Below the pieces are notes generated by a model. It saw only the letters and a list, made by a program, of their open reading frames with translations, searched no databases and was not told the DNA's origin. Below, one piece after another: positions 46,301-57,900 of a stretch of 64,000 nt of DNA. A program made the position numbers and the translations under genes. Within the stretch, counting starts at the first letter, position 1, and the number at the start of each line of letters is the position of its first letter. Source of the DNA: Setoptus koraiensis (Eukaryota; Animalia; Arthropoda); assembly GCA_048013815.1 (NCBI GenBank), contig CM106585.1, positions 9,610,001 to 9,674,000 on the forward strand, given 5' to 3'.

Positions 46301-48153
46301 GTAGCAATAATCTATATATTAGAAACAACAACAACCAAATGATTAAATTATACCTGATTGTAGTTCAGCAGCAACAAAATCAACAGCCTGAACAAGTAGC
46401 AAAAGAACAAACCAATGGGCAAAATGTCAAGTTCCAATCGCAAGTAGAGGCAAATAAAGAGGACTCCAATGTTGCCAGTCATGATCCAATGGGTGGTATT
46501 GAGAATCGCGGAAGTGAGGATAAAATTGAGGACACTCTTAATTCAGGTCAAATTTGTCGCTCTAAAGATGAACAAAATTCACACCAGTTTGCCATTGCTG
46601 ATGATTTGATTGCTCCCTCTTTCAATGATGAGGCATCTAAAATCAATGGCGAGAGCAAGGAGACCAATTCGGATCAAATAAAAGATAATTCATTTGATCC
46701 AACGTCGATCAGAAATGATATGATTGAACAACAAAATCAGGGCACAACAAATCAGTGTTTGTCAAACATACTGTCAACGAATATTTCAGAAGACATAAAT
46801 ATGACCAATTATAACAGTAAAAGTCAACAACAAGATTTAGTGTGCTCAAACGATAATCAAGAAGATATGACTTTCAACGAATATATCGACTTTCAAGATG
46901 TCCCTATGAATGTCGATCAAACTGATTGGATAAAGAAGTTCCTTCCACCGTGTTCAGCCTCAAACTCGTCCGAAACAATTGCGACAATGAATAACAATAG
47001 TCAAACACAAGATGTGTCTTCGTGTTCGATGTCAAACAATGGTCATTCAAGCAACCATGCTAGTCCTGATTCCTCACAATCGCCCAATTATCAAGATGAG
47101 GTCAGAAAAAACGACTATACAAGTGATGACTTTCACGAGCAGCAAGAACATGAAAAACTTTTCAAGACATTGCTAGATTCATCTACTCATGATCATAGTT
47201 TAGATGACAAGTATAATGAGTATAATCATGGTGTAGATATCCATCAAGGCTCAAGGGATCATGCAAATGGGCACAGCTACCAACAGATATTCACGGTTTC
47301 ATCGTCATCAAGAGCTGGTGTATCTGATGAAAAAGTTAAAAATGGAAGTGATAAATGTCAGTTCGTGATGCCATCTCCAATGCCATCTTCTCCTTCGGCC
47401 TCACCAACATCGTCGTCTTCGCGATCATCTACCTCTACTTCTCCGGCATCACCAGCAACAGTGACTTGCAATATAACTAATGCCAATTCTTCTATTTTTG
47501 GCATTAATGTAGGAAGAACAAACAACAAATTTCCGCAAAATCAAGTTCATCATGTCATATCATCGTCAGTTGTTTCTCCCAAGTTTAATAACCATAGTTT
47601 CAGTATGTATAGCAATCAACAACATTCGTTTTCCCCCTCATATAACACGAGCAACAACAATATAAACAATCAGAACAAGTTGGATTATGGTAACAATTGC
47701 TATGAATCGGAAGTCCATCAAACAGTACCAACGAACTCGATCCAAGATTCAAACTTAAATTTGTTGAGTTGTACGAACATGGGTACCAATGAATACGTTT
47801 TGGATGGAGCAAACGATTTAAATAATGGAATATTCTCTGCAGAGGTGAATCATGGGGCTTCAATGCGAAATGTAGAGAGTTCAGGCTCGATGAATAGTGT
47901 GGTTTCAAATGATCTAGCGTCACTCCCGACTTTATCAGATTCGTCATCATTCAATGATCCCATAATGCCAAACACAATTATGATGAACAACAATGATATC
48001 ATTGATACTACTCAAAATCATACTTATAACATTGATGAAAACAGCGACGCAAATACCAAAAGCGACCAAAATAATCAACAATATGCGGCCAACAATACTG
48101 ATTGCATAAACTTGCCAAACATTTTGATGAATAACGATCCATTTTTGTATTAG
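43354..48153 (+). CDS. Mrtf: Myocardin-related transcription factor (MRTF)-like protein, Q/N/S-rich; one long exon, true 5' end uncertain
   Basis: 4.8 kb open frame (open from 43294, first ATG at 43537), so it is certainly coding. Contains IKFHEYKGPP at 45484-45513, which I recognise as the invertebrate MRTF B1 basic SRF-binding motif, followed by a Q-rich stretch. An acidic/hydrophobic segment FQDVPMNVDQTDWIKKFLP (46891-46947) resembles an activation domain. No clear SAP domain or canonical RPEL repeats. Confidence 0.65.
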   Translation: MSRLAHTNGPTGSNFSSADQLNRTFCQRTNRIELSAGGQRAHRQHRAQKQIEQTSNVANCSMSTAAWPPSLHQSTGSAASHQSTANTPNDQVQFINLNHHQYAIARAASSQQQQHQQQQQQQQQQQHQQQQQQQQQQQQQLQLQYGYNNNTNNLNANPQRIGPAHYSGQLNNNNSNNHIMQQQQQLLQSQSQAPSYQIDPNYSSSAGTRCFTNKTNASILCAGMANAINITGNIVASSQIKMTPNQSNDATQTNRQAQQNAVQLHHQQQSAIIPAAPTANQATGHQFIQFQTQNNSPVPASATFAQMTQNATNNINSPLHPQVTLFTSNNGRPEAQATGARPLQQQQQQQQQQQQQQQQQHVQLAQQDAAAIQFSPIFAHPTVDNFRQPPTNNQQNLISSNNKQRLSQQASQQQFQVICGSPQHDNQLINQHQQQQQAEYQGHSADHDQLQSQTSIPTGDKVKKRAPKSRQPRAPKATTNGPKGPKNKGKKAASTDKIVDDMLDNISGEHDKNQTDQQQQNYAPMQPFPITINDVNNADTGNSSTKPMTVESATNTTPIKQKKATVNKSNNLITKKKKKRKMSSDYDGAHISQQSPAAVGANDNVVEQANQSNVMVTYTSDQSNHTNNQLSQIVKPDIPVITSNLTGETQSDNANIQLNNQSIKRFITPTDLVLQIRKKIRDAQEHNGGHSSTIASASQNQTQPLNKSRQIKFHEYKGPPSVRKQILSQQQHQALSNGQSLNNHPDQSKNMFQSVDKDATTTRMQHDFTEIKPSSIMSADEFTAAIARHHLQQQQKQNSRQEIRQIETIVNPVMHHQMANVSYPPTIITPPMSSVVQGPVAVMAGNIQQQFCQQGQHSVHSQAQAPTRVILTSRAMPIAQLPGDCTVNRHIIANSNGNNQQISLMGQSSNGSTFPIAVCGQNQQQSMQIVSGDYELTRNFIQQQPQLMPILQQHTADTFSMNCGNSSTMINQTNQTILQSTTSSNNLYIRNNNNQMIKLYLIVVQQQQNQQPEQVAKEQTNGQNVKFQSQVEANKEDSNVASHDPMGGIENRGSEDKIEDTLNSGQICRSKDEQNSHQFAIADDLIAPSFNDEASKINGESKETNSDQIKDNSFDPTSIRNDMIEQQNQGTTNQCLSNILSTNISEDINMTNYNSKSQQQDLVCSNDNQEDMTFNEYIDFQDVPMNVDQTDWIKKFLPPCSASNSSETIATMNNNSQTQDVSSCSMSNNGHSSNHASPDSSQSPNYQDEVRKNDYTSDDFHEQQEHEKLFKTLLDSSTHDHSLDDKYNEYNHGVDIHQGSRDHANGHSYQQIFTVSSSSRAGVSDEKVKNGSDKCQFVMPSPMPSSPSASPTSSSSRSSTSTSPASPATVTCNITNANSSIFGINVGRTNNKFPQNQVHHVISSSVVSPKFNNHSFSMYSNQQHSFSPSYNTSNNNINNQNKLDYGNNCYESEVHQTVPTNSIQDSNLNLLSCTNMGTNEYVLDGANDLNNGIFSAEVNHGASMRNVESSGSMNSVVSNDLASLPTLSDSSSFNDPIMPNTIMMNNNDIIDTTQNHTYNIDENSDANTKSDQNNQQYAANNTDCINLPNILMNNDPFLY
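43377..43468. repeat. 29-bp minisatellite (CGGACCAACCGGATCGAACTTTTYGYCAG) x3.2 at the 5' end of the MRTF-like ORF
   Basis: Units at 43377-43405, 43406-43434 and 43435-43463. Confidence 0.9.
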
Positions 48154-48477
48154 AATACTCATTTGTGTCAAAATGATTATGAATTATAGATAAATTTCTG
48201 AAGAGGGGAGGACACAATTGAATCACATCTTGATTGATTGGATTCAGAAGTATTTCGTCAATAACAAAACATCAGTAACAAAGAATCACTTTACTTGGAC
48301 AAATCGACCAATCTAAATTATTAGATGGTGAAGTTATACACTCTGGCATCTTCGTTCTAAGTTGTACAAACCATGAGAAATAACTTTAGCCATTTGATTT
48401 TATCTCTGTTTCCTCAGAGTGCTTAAGAACAAATCTTTCTTTTAACGAACAACAATTCATTTCAACTTATTAACCAA

Positions 48478-48483
48478 AATAAA
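48478..48483 (+). terminator. Candidate polyadenylation signal (AATAAA) for the MRTF-like gene
   Basis: AATAAA about 325 nt after the stop codon, in AT-rich sequence. Confidence 0.35.
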
Positions 48484-51400
48484 AGTTTTCACAACCAGAA
48501 GAGCTGTCTGCTTTAAAATTGATTCCTTTGTACTCTCTTCCACAAGGGAGACTTACCTGCTAAGCCGATGGCCTTTCGGCTTCATAGAGGTCCTGGTGGT
48601 TGATTTTTTCATGGAGACATCTCAAATGTGGCATATGTGCAATATTATCTGTTGAAATGTGGCTTTTAGCCGTTTTGACTATTGTGAGCCATCAGATTCG
48701 TTGATGTTGGTTGAAGCCAGGGAAATCATTAGCATAATCGTTCACGAGGTGAGAAGTGAAACGCCAGATGGCGCCAGGTGAAAAAATAAAAACACTGATG
48801 ATAACAAAACGAGCTTTTGCCAGCTTCGCTAATCACCTGTCGACTTTTCAGCTGTAATTCAGATGTAATAACAATAGCGATTACATAATCTCGATTGGCT
48901 TGTTAGTTGAGATAGAGTAGTGAACGGAATGTAGCCGCTTCTAGTTAGATGGAGATGTTGGGTCAGATAGAGAGGTAGTAATATATGCAATATGGTTAGA
49001 TAGGCAGCTAAAAAAGACTTGGAAGTGGGTACGAAGAAAGAAAAGAAAAGAAAGAGAAAGTTCTTTGTTGTTTTTGTGGTGATGGTTTCTTTTGATGTCG
49101 AAAGTTGAATTGATATGAGCCGGCAAATTACGTGGAAGTGGCGAAGAATTGGCGCTTATGAGTGAATTGGCGCTGTTATACGAACAAGAGGCGAAAGAAT
49201 GGCGATAAATGATATAGAAACGCGACGAGGCAACGATAATCGCTTTCATGAGAAGCAATCTGTCAGTTTGTTTTAATGTTCATTCAGCTGCAAATTCATT
49301 CGTTGGCTTGATTACACTCGTCAATTTCTCTGGACACCTGGCTTGGCTGTAGCCTGGGCACCAATGAGAATATCATCATCGTTTTCCTTGCCATCTAGCT
49401 ATAACATATCTGTTTGTCTTACCGTATGAGTGTGTCGTCTCATCTCGCATTTGTTATTTGTCTAGCTTGTCTGATGATGCCAAGATGATATTAATCTGGG
49501 GAAAGTTTAGCGTAGCGCTCACCTGTCGCTGGTGCTACCGTGTCACTGATTGGTAGTCGTATAATCTTTTGTTATTTTTGCAATCTTCTTCGTCTCCTTC
49601 TTTTTGTCTCGTCTTTAGCTTCTTGTTCCGTTAAACGACGACAACTAGGAGAGAGAGAGCATGTGTTTGTGTGTGCGAGAGCCTTTACTTTGGATAGATT
49701 GACTTGTCGGTGGCACGCGATGCGCTGCAAACAAGCGACCAAATTGTGCTTTTGTCAGCTTTTTGTCTTGAGACTCTCAAGACGTTGAGTTGCTAACGCA
49801 AGCGATGGCGAGTAAACGTGAGTTCACTCGCCAGTGGCCACCGAGTCTTAATATCATGATACAAAACTATTAGCGATTATTCGCCACTTGGTGACATTGC
49901 CCAGAGAAGAAGATTCGGCGAGGAGAAGCCTGTCCGCTAATTTGCGATAGTTGTGCGTGTCTCAGGGTCTTTTTGGTATTTTTGTTGTTGTTTTGTTTCT
50001 TCTTTCCTCCAGACTCTAAACACTTGCTAACTTCCGGATTATCGTCTGTCCAGTCACCAGGGTTTGATTTGTGTGAGCTGAGAGCTGAGCCGTGAGCCAG
50101 CCGGTCAGCGAGCCATGAGCGAGAGGCCGAGGCGAGATTTATCCAGTCGGCAAGTAGCCGGTGAGTAGCCGACGAGTGAGCGAGGATGCTAGCCAGATAA
50201 ATATAGACACGGGCATTGTCCGTTGACGGCAGTCGTGGAGTTATTGCTATCGTGTCATTCAGTTCAGATTGGGCCATTGCTCACAAGTTGTGCGAGCCAC
50301 AAGTGAAATTGAAAGTTGGCCCATCACAGTTAGCTTATATTGGCGCTGCTGCTGTTGATGGCGACCACAATGTCGTGCAGTTACGTCAGCGACTCACCTT
50401 GTTACTGGCGTACGTAACAAGTAAACGAATTTGCTGCCAACTCGGCAACTAACGAGGCTGGTCGCCGTACAATAATCGCCGGGCCGGATATCAGTGAGCG
50501 CGGCCACTGTCCGGTGTGGCGACAGGCCAGGCGATGGTGTGGCCCGGTTGCTGTCCAGTTGCTGCCTGTCGCTCTGGTTGGTCGGGTCAAGTTGAAGTTG
50601 GCCCAAGTGATAATGTTCGAGCCTTCAATCAGACAGCTTACATGTGTTGCGTAGTAACATTGTTCTAGTTTGCGCAATGGTCAATCTGTTGTGAACTTGT
50701 TGTCGTTGTCATGCCACTCTTGACATTCAACAACGCTGGCCGTGTGTGTGTGTTTATTCGATTAGTGACAGCTCATCACTTGCCATCGTTAGCGCTGACA
50801 GTAACCCATTCATTTATTTATCCCGTTATCCAGTTTTCCCGTAATCCATCTATCCAGTTATTCATTCATCCATCAATCCATTCATCCATGCATCCGTGCA
50901 TCCATTAAGCCAGCCATCGTATCGGCGAGACAGCAAGGTACAAACTCATTGTCGCAGGGCACGCTCCTTGTTGTCCCAGATGAGCAATGAAATGTGATAA
51001 GGTTGTTATTACGATCGCACAATCGTTTACAGCGACAATTTGATGATGCTAGTGACAACGTAAAACATATGGCAGCGCTTGCGGGCGCGACATAAAATCA
51101 AATTTTCTTGCATTTTGTGCAATTTAAAACAATTTTACGAGACTGACATTTTTTACTGGTCTGTCGCTTCACCTGTTGTTGTGGTGAAGCGACAACAGGT
51201 GAAGCTGGCCAAAGTTTGCTCATCATCGCGCGCACAACCCAATTACAATTAAGTGCGCCCGTTACTGGACTGCACTGCGGACATTGATGATGTGACGGTC
51301 AGAGAAGGGCCTGTGTCGCTTTAGTGGCTGCCGGCCAACAGGTGACCATGAGAGGCAGCATGAAGAGCATGAGACAGTACAGTTTGTTCGCTCACCAGTA

Positions 51401-51956
51401 AAGAGGAAATTATTATTTGTTATTTGCTATTTGTTTGTGTGCTCGCGACGCAGCGCAAGCGGCCAAACTGGCAAGCCGCCATCAGCTGTTGGCATTTCGG
51501 GCTCCATCTCAAACTGTCAGACTGGTTGCCTTTATCTCGGCTTGTTGAATGGCCACTGCTGAATGCAACCCGTAGACTAAAAGCAAGCGCACCAACTGAC
51601 ACTGAATATTAGATTAGGCACATTAACATTACTTTGTGTGCCCGTTATATAAGTTATATAATATAATATAGTCTTATTATTATAATATAACCACTGGCCA
51701 ACACACGGCTGGCCATAGGTCATACAGTAGGCAGCTTGTAGTGGCGGGCTCCATGTTGTTTGTCGTTGTCGTTGTTGTTGTTGTTGTTGTGTGTCGAGTC
51801 GCGCAAACAACAAAAACATTATTCCATCATAGTAATTCCATTACAGCCATCGCGTTATAGACAGACGACGAGCAGCCGAGTTAGTTAACGCACAGACACT
51901 TTTTCACGTTGTGTCGTCTAAACAATGGTCACACTGATTGCGTTTTTTGTTGTTGT

Positions 51957-52003
<47 letters not shown>

Positions 52004-54349
52004 TGTTTGGTGCTGTTGTTGTTGGTGCGCTGTGTCGCTGATCGGCGACTATCAATGAACGACCAAACGGCCGATCCAATCAACGCCAGTAGAGCCGATA
52101 GGCGAGCAACCGAGGCGACCGAGATGCACGCTTAGGTGCCTTGGGTCGTGCTCACGCTGTGCAAAGTGTGTCTTTTTTAGCGTCCACTCTTGGCACTTTG
52201 GGCAACATTTAGCACTATGGCGAGTACCGGCACAAACACTCGCTACTGTCAGTTTACTGTCAGTTTGTGTTGCTGCAACAGCGATGCCCACAACAGCGGT
52301 GCCGCTAAAAAGCGGAAGTGACAGCAAGTGGCAACTCTCGCGTGAATTGATATCGAGAGCTGTGTTATTGATATCAATTGTTGTTATTGGGCAGTGATAG
52401 TCGGCTGGCCCGTTGCCGACCAACCAACGCAGATTGACAGACATAACATAAGTGTTATGACTGCCGAATAACAACAGAGGGACTGCGTCACTGCACAACC
52501 ACTGACAGCCACAGTCGGTCGGCAGGCCGGCCGGCCGGCGACCAGCAATTACAATGGGCAATATGCAAATGAGTGCAGCCGGCATGCGGCCAAACACCGC
52601 TGCAAATCAGTATCAGGCAAGGAGCGGGCCAAAAAAGCTAGTCGATCACTTAATGATCCGCTCGCAAATTGATGCATCATCTATCACCGGCCGGCCGGCC
52701 AGTGGCGAGCTGCGGGCACGCTGACCACCGAGTGGCCAGAGCGCTGTTGCGGTCCAGAGAGAGAGAGTAGTGAGTGCAAGTGCCGGCCGCACCGGCCGTC
52801 ACTTGCCGGTGCGGCCGAGCTGTCTTGGCAAGCGTTGTGCCGTGTCGTGTCATGTCGTGTCGTGTTGTGCCGTGTTGTGCCGTGTTGTGCAAACATTGTG
52901 CTGTGTTGCGCAAACATTGCGGTCGCGCACTGACTCGATGACGCCATGATTGATGCGTTCCAATTAATCACCTGGCAACAATAATTCATGCTGAGGCAGC
53001 CAGTGCGTGCCGCTCGGCCCTGACTCCGGCCTGACAGCCGGCACAACAACCGGCAAGCCAAATGGCAGATTGGCAAATTGGCCTTACACTTATCGGGCCA
53101 ACAACAGCAACAACATCGAGAGCGGCAGCAACAACAACGACAACAACATCGAGAGCGGCAGCAACAACAACGACAACGACAGCAGTTACAATGACAGCGC
53201 CATATGTGATTGTTGCAAATGTTAGCCAGCGATTCAAGGTGAATGGGCTCATCAGGCGAGCGGTGTTGGCTTAATTAGATAACAAGTAACAATGGCCAAT
53301 TGTGCAGGCCGTCGTCATCAGTGCTGGTCGCGCTATCATCCGTTTATTATGTGTCTATTATCTCATTATTCGGCCATTATTCGCCAGTCGGCCTGCCCGA
53401 CCAATCGCGCAACCGTCAAGGCCAGTGGCAGCTCGACACGCACACGGGGGCCAGCAGGGACACTATCGGCATGAATACATTAGACGCTGGCCATTTCCAT
53501 ATGCTGGCTGCATGTCACATGTTGTCGCAATTAGCAGCGAGCGACCAGCGTCATGACGACAATTGACCCATCGCCGACTGGCCGGTCGGCGCTCAAACAC
53601 GGCGCTCGGACACGGGCCGGCCCACCCGTTGAATCGCGCTAATAAATTCAGTTTGACAGTAAGACGATACGCGCTCGACCGGCTCGCTGCCGCAGCGACG
53701 GCCCGTCAGGTGATTGGCATGATATGCATTGCATATTACATAATATTGCATAGTACATAATATTACATATTACATAATATTACATATTACATGATATGTA
53801 ATACACGCACATTGTTTGAATTATGCATTAGCGCGCGCATCGCCGCGCGCAATTTGCGCAATTTGCACAATTTGCGCATTTTGCGCATTTAGCGAGCCCC
53901 CGTTTTGTGCCCGTCCGACTGACCGACTGACCGGCGCTGTGTACTTGTGCCCGTCTGTCTGTTGTCCCTCGTCGGGCCGCCCAATTAGAGGCGCCTAATG
54001 TGCATTGGGCTGGCCGTTAATGACGGCGCGCCGCAACCACGCAACCAGCAGCAACAGCAGCGACAACAGCAACAGCAGCGACAACAGCGACAACAGCGAC
54101 AACAGCGACAGCAACACAGGCAACGACAAATGAGAGATCGAGAACAGCTGATGGGGCTGTCAGAGTCAGCTGACTGTGGCGAGACTTTTATTTCATTATC
54201 ACGAGATTTGTCATTAGATTAGAGGTCGCATTGTAATGAGCGGCCGCCACGATTCGTGCGCACCACAATGCACGGCACACAATGAGCTGGGTGTGCAGAT
54301 GTTGTTGATGTCATTGTCATTTAATGGTCGCTGTTGCCTCAGTTGTGGT

Positions 54350-54350
<1 letters not shown>

Positions 54351-54420
<70 letters not shown>
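54351..54420. repeat. (GTTGCT)n hexanucleotide microsatellite
   Basis: Seen directly. Confidence 0.95.
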
Positions 54421-54900
54421 TCGTTGTCGGTAGTGGTGTTGCCGTCGTTGCTGTTGTGTCTGGCCGCCGAATCAGTCCGCCAGGCGGCCGAGATGAGACG
54501 CGGCAACGAGACACAAAGCAAAGCGTCGGCCGCCAGTCGCAGCTCGCCAAGGCAACGGCGATTGTTTTGCCGAGATCACCTTGCCAGGCCGTTGTTGTTA
54601 AAATAGTCAGAGATTGTCTGTTTAATTCAATTCAATTCTCTGCTCGTCGCTTTGTTTTTCTCGTTCGCCGGTCGCCACAAGTGCGAGCGCGTGTCGCCCC
54701 AACCGGCCAACCAGGCCAAACAGCCCGAACAGCCCAAACAGCCCGAACAGCCCGAACAGCCCAAACAGCCCGAACAGCCCAAACAGCCCGACTAGCACGA
54801 ACAGTCCGAACAACCCAAACAGCAAGTGCAAGCAACCGCCAAACAATGCCAGCGCCACCACAGCTGATCGCTTGGCGGTGCCAGTGGCAGCACCTAACAC

Positions 54901-54957
54901 ACAGGTAAGAGCACACAGAAGAACAGGTAAGAGAACACAGAAGAACAGGTAAGAGCA
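54901..54957. repeat. 22-bp tandem repeat (ACAGGTAAGAG.ACACAGAAGA) x2.6
   Basis: Seen directly. Confidence 0.9.
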
Positions 54958-57900
54958 TAGCGCACTTGTGGCTGGCTGACAGCGGCTGTCAGTGGCGCTG
55001 TTACAGTGCGCGCTGGGCGCCAATCGCTGGGCGCCAATTGTTAATCAACACTGAATAAAACATGAATGGCATAAATAATTCAAAAGTGATTATCGCGCCA
55101 ATCGCGACAACAGCAGCAGCAACAACGACAACAACAACAACAACACCAAGCGCGTGCAGTGCGTTTATTCAATAATAAACTTTATTGTCGCTGCTGTTGT
55201 TGGCGCCACTTGATATTGAAATATGTTTGAAATTGAAATTGCATTGTTGCCAATTGTAACTGTTAAACGGTTGCGCGATTGTTGCGCGCGCCGCCAACTG
55301 TGCGATGTGCGTGCAACTGCACAAACAGCACGAGTGCGTAAGACGAAGCGCGCCAAGGCGACCAACGGGCACCGAGGCGACAACAATGAGAGGCGCGATT
55401 GACAAATGAACAAATGAGCCAAATGAGCCGACTGAACGATGCACGCAGTTCTCTCATTAGCATTGTAAGTGTCACCTTGCCGCCAGTGGGCGCCCCACCA
55501 ACGGTAAGCGCTTGTAACAAGTCACTTGTTACGAGTGCGACTAGCGCGCGCAACCGTCACAAGCGTCGTCACAAGCGTCGTCACAAGCGTCGTCACAAAC
55601 GTCGCAAGCGCCATCGCGGGCGCCGCTGGCGAGCGCGCGGGCCACAGGTGAGCCGGCCCGAACTCAACAAGTGGCCAATGACAAGTGGCGACGAGCGCAG
55701 CCACTTGTTGGCAGCGAGCGAGCGCCATTGATGCGAGCATGTCGACGCGTTGTGCCCAGCAGCCCCACTGACAGCCCCACTGACAGCCCCACCGGCAGCG
55801 CCTCTGACAGCGCCGATCGGGCGACCGGCGCCGATGATTAATGCACCTGTGGCCGGGCTGCGCAACGTGATTAATTGCGGCGATTGCGGCGATTGTTGCG
55901 ATTGTTCAATTGGCAGTTGGCAGTTGGCAGTTGGCGCACTCACAGCCTGATAACTGTATCACCGTCGCGCTGGTCATTACAGTCATGAGCGTCGCAGCCG
56001 GCGCAAGCGCCGCAATTGTCGGAATCGTCGGGATCGTCAGAATTGTCGGAATGGTCGGAATGGGTGTTGCGTGATGCGCACTTCTGGCCGCAGTGGGCCG
56101 CTGTCGGCCGCGATATCTCGGCCGATCTAATCTGTTCTCGTGAGCATAATACAGCGTGCACAAAACATAATACAGCCCTTATCTGGGCGCAATCGTTTGC
56201 TTGTGTCGTTTGCCGGACACAGTCGGACATAATTAGTTGGACAGTGGTCTCGTTCGGGCTCGAGATGGCGCTCGCGATGAGCCGGCAATTAAGCGAGCCA
56301 ACAAGCAACTGCTGCTGCTGCCACCACTTGCGCGCTTATCAATTTGGGCGCCGCCCGCCACGCCGGCGATCATTAGTTGCGTCATTAGTTGCGTCATTGG
56401 TCGGCGGGCTGTTGATGATCGGCGGGCCGGCATGATGACGGCGGCGGCGGCGCGATCACTTTGCTTGATCGTGGCAGCTCGATCATGCTACGACCGTCGC
56501 ACTGCCATCATCACATTGCGACCATCGCACTGCGAGAGAGACAGCGAGCTTAATAATAGCGGACACAATGAGCTAGATGGCAGCACTTAATAATATGCAA
56601 CGGTGCGTTTAATAATAATAACGGCAACCTTAAACGGCCGTGCCCGTGTTAAATGCTAATAAACAACAGTCACAGTATCAAGCGAGCGGCCATGCGAGCG
56701 CAAGCGAGCAACGGTCGGCCACTGGCCATCGCGCCACCGGAACGAATTTGTCTGGCTGGTGTTGGCAACAACATTTGCATCGGCAGCCACAACCGCCAAC
56801 AACAGCCAGCAGCAGCAACAACAACACCAACGACAACAGCAACAACGCTTATAGGTCGAGCGGCGCAGCCAAGGGTGGACACCGGCAACAATTGCAACGG
56901 GATCATCACTCAAACGTGCCTCTCATCTGGCTGTTGCTGTTGGTTGTTGCTGTTGGTTGTAGCTGGCGGTTGTTGGCGGTTGTTGTTGGCGGTTGTCGGT
57001 GGTTGCCGCAGCTACGCGATTCGCACGATCAGCGCCGGCCATGGTTGCGATTGGCGCCGTGACCAACAGGTGAGGCTGCTGCCATTTGCCAAGCGACGCA
57101 TGCCAGCCAATGCCAGCGATTGGCCAGAGTGAGAGAGAGAGAGAGAAAGTTTGCAAAGTGCGATAATCGCACTTGTATTTGTTATCGCAGTTGTTTGCGC
57201 TGTGCCCGTTATTGTATCGGTCACATTGGTAATGTTGGCAGCTCGCCTACTGGCCAGAGCTGGCAACTACTGACTCAGTAGTACTGACAGTGTCCGCAGC
57301 GCGCAGCTTGCCAACAACAACCGCTATTTGTTGTTTGTCGGCTGTTTGTTGTTTGTCGGTTGTTTGTTGTTGTTGTTGTTGCTGTTCATCTGCTGCTCTC
57401 ATCTGTCGCTGTTGTTGTTGTTGTTGTTGTTGCTGTTGTGCTGCTGTTGTTGTCGCTGTTGGGCTGTTGTCTTGGCAGCCCGTTGGACACGGCGCCAACG
57501 ATCTAATGCCAAAAGTTTTCCTTGGCGCGATTGTTTCCGTTGGCCCTGGTCGCTGCCAGGCCCACTCGGTGCCCTTTGCCAGGCTCGCCTGGCAGTATTT
57601 GCACATTGTTGCTGGCACCAGCCGAGCCGCACCAACGCAGCCAATGCCAGCAACCCAACAACAACAACCGCCGTTGTGTGTACCTGTCGCTGGTGTCGCT
57701 GGTGTCGCTGGTGTCGCTGTTGCCGCCGGTGTCGCGGGTGTCGCTGCCGTCGCCGCTGGGCCACCGACAACAGCGACTGGGCACTGCGATGAAGCGCGGC
57801 CTGACTTGATTGCGCAAGCAAGCCTATGTGTAAGTTGCATAATGCAACACAAACAGACACATTAAATGGCTGGCCGGCGCAATATAAACTGGCGCTGGCG

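Noticed and set aside
48551-48670. U1 snRNA-like 5' end (ACTTACCTG) followed by a hairpin and CAAATGTGG
   Set aside because: There is no U1-70K loop (GATCACGAAG), no sense-strand U1A loop (ATTGCAC) and no properly spaced Sm site. It is better explained as a minus-strand donor CAG|GTAAGT.
11614-49420. Partial matches to conserved miRNAs (miR-34-like near 11615, miR-279-like near 15059, let-7-like near 48973, miR-190-like near 49405)
   Set aside because: Only 9-11 nt match before divergence, and there is no supporting hairpin.
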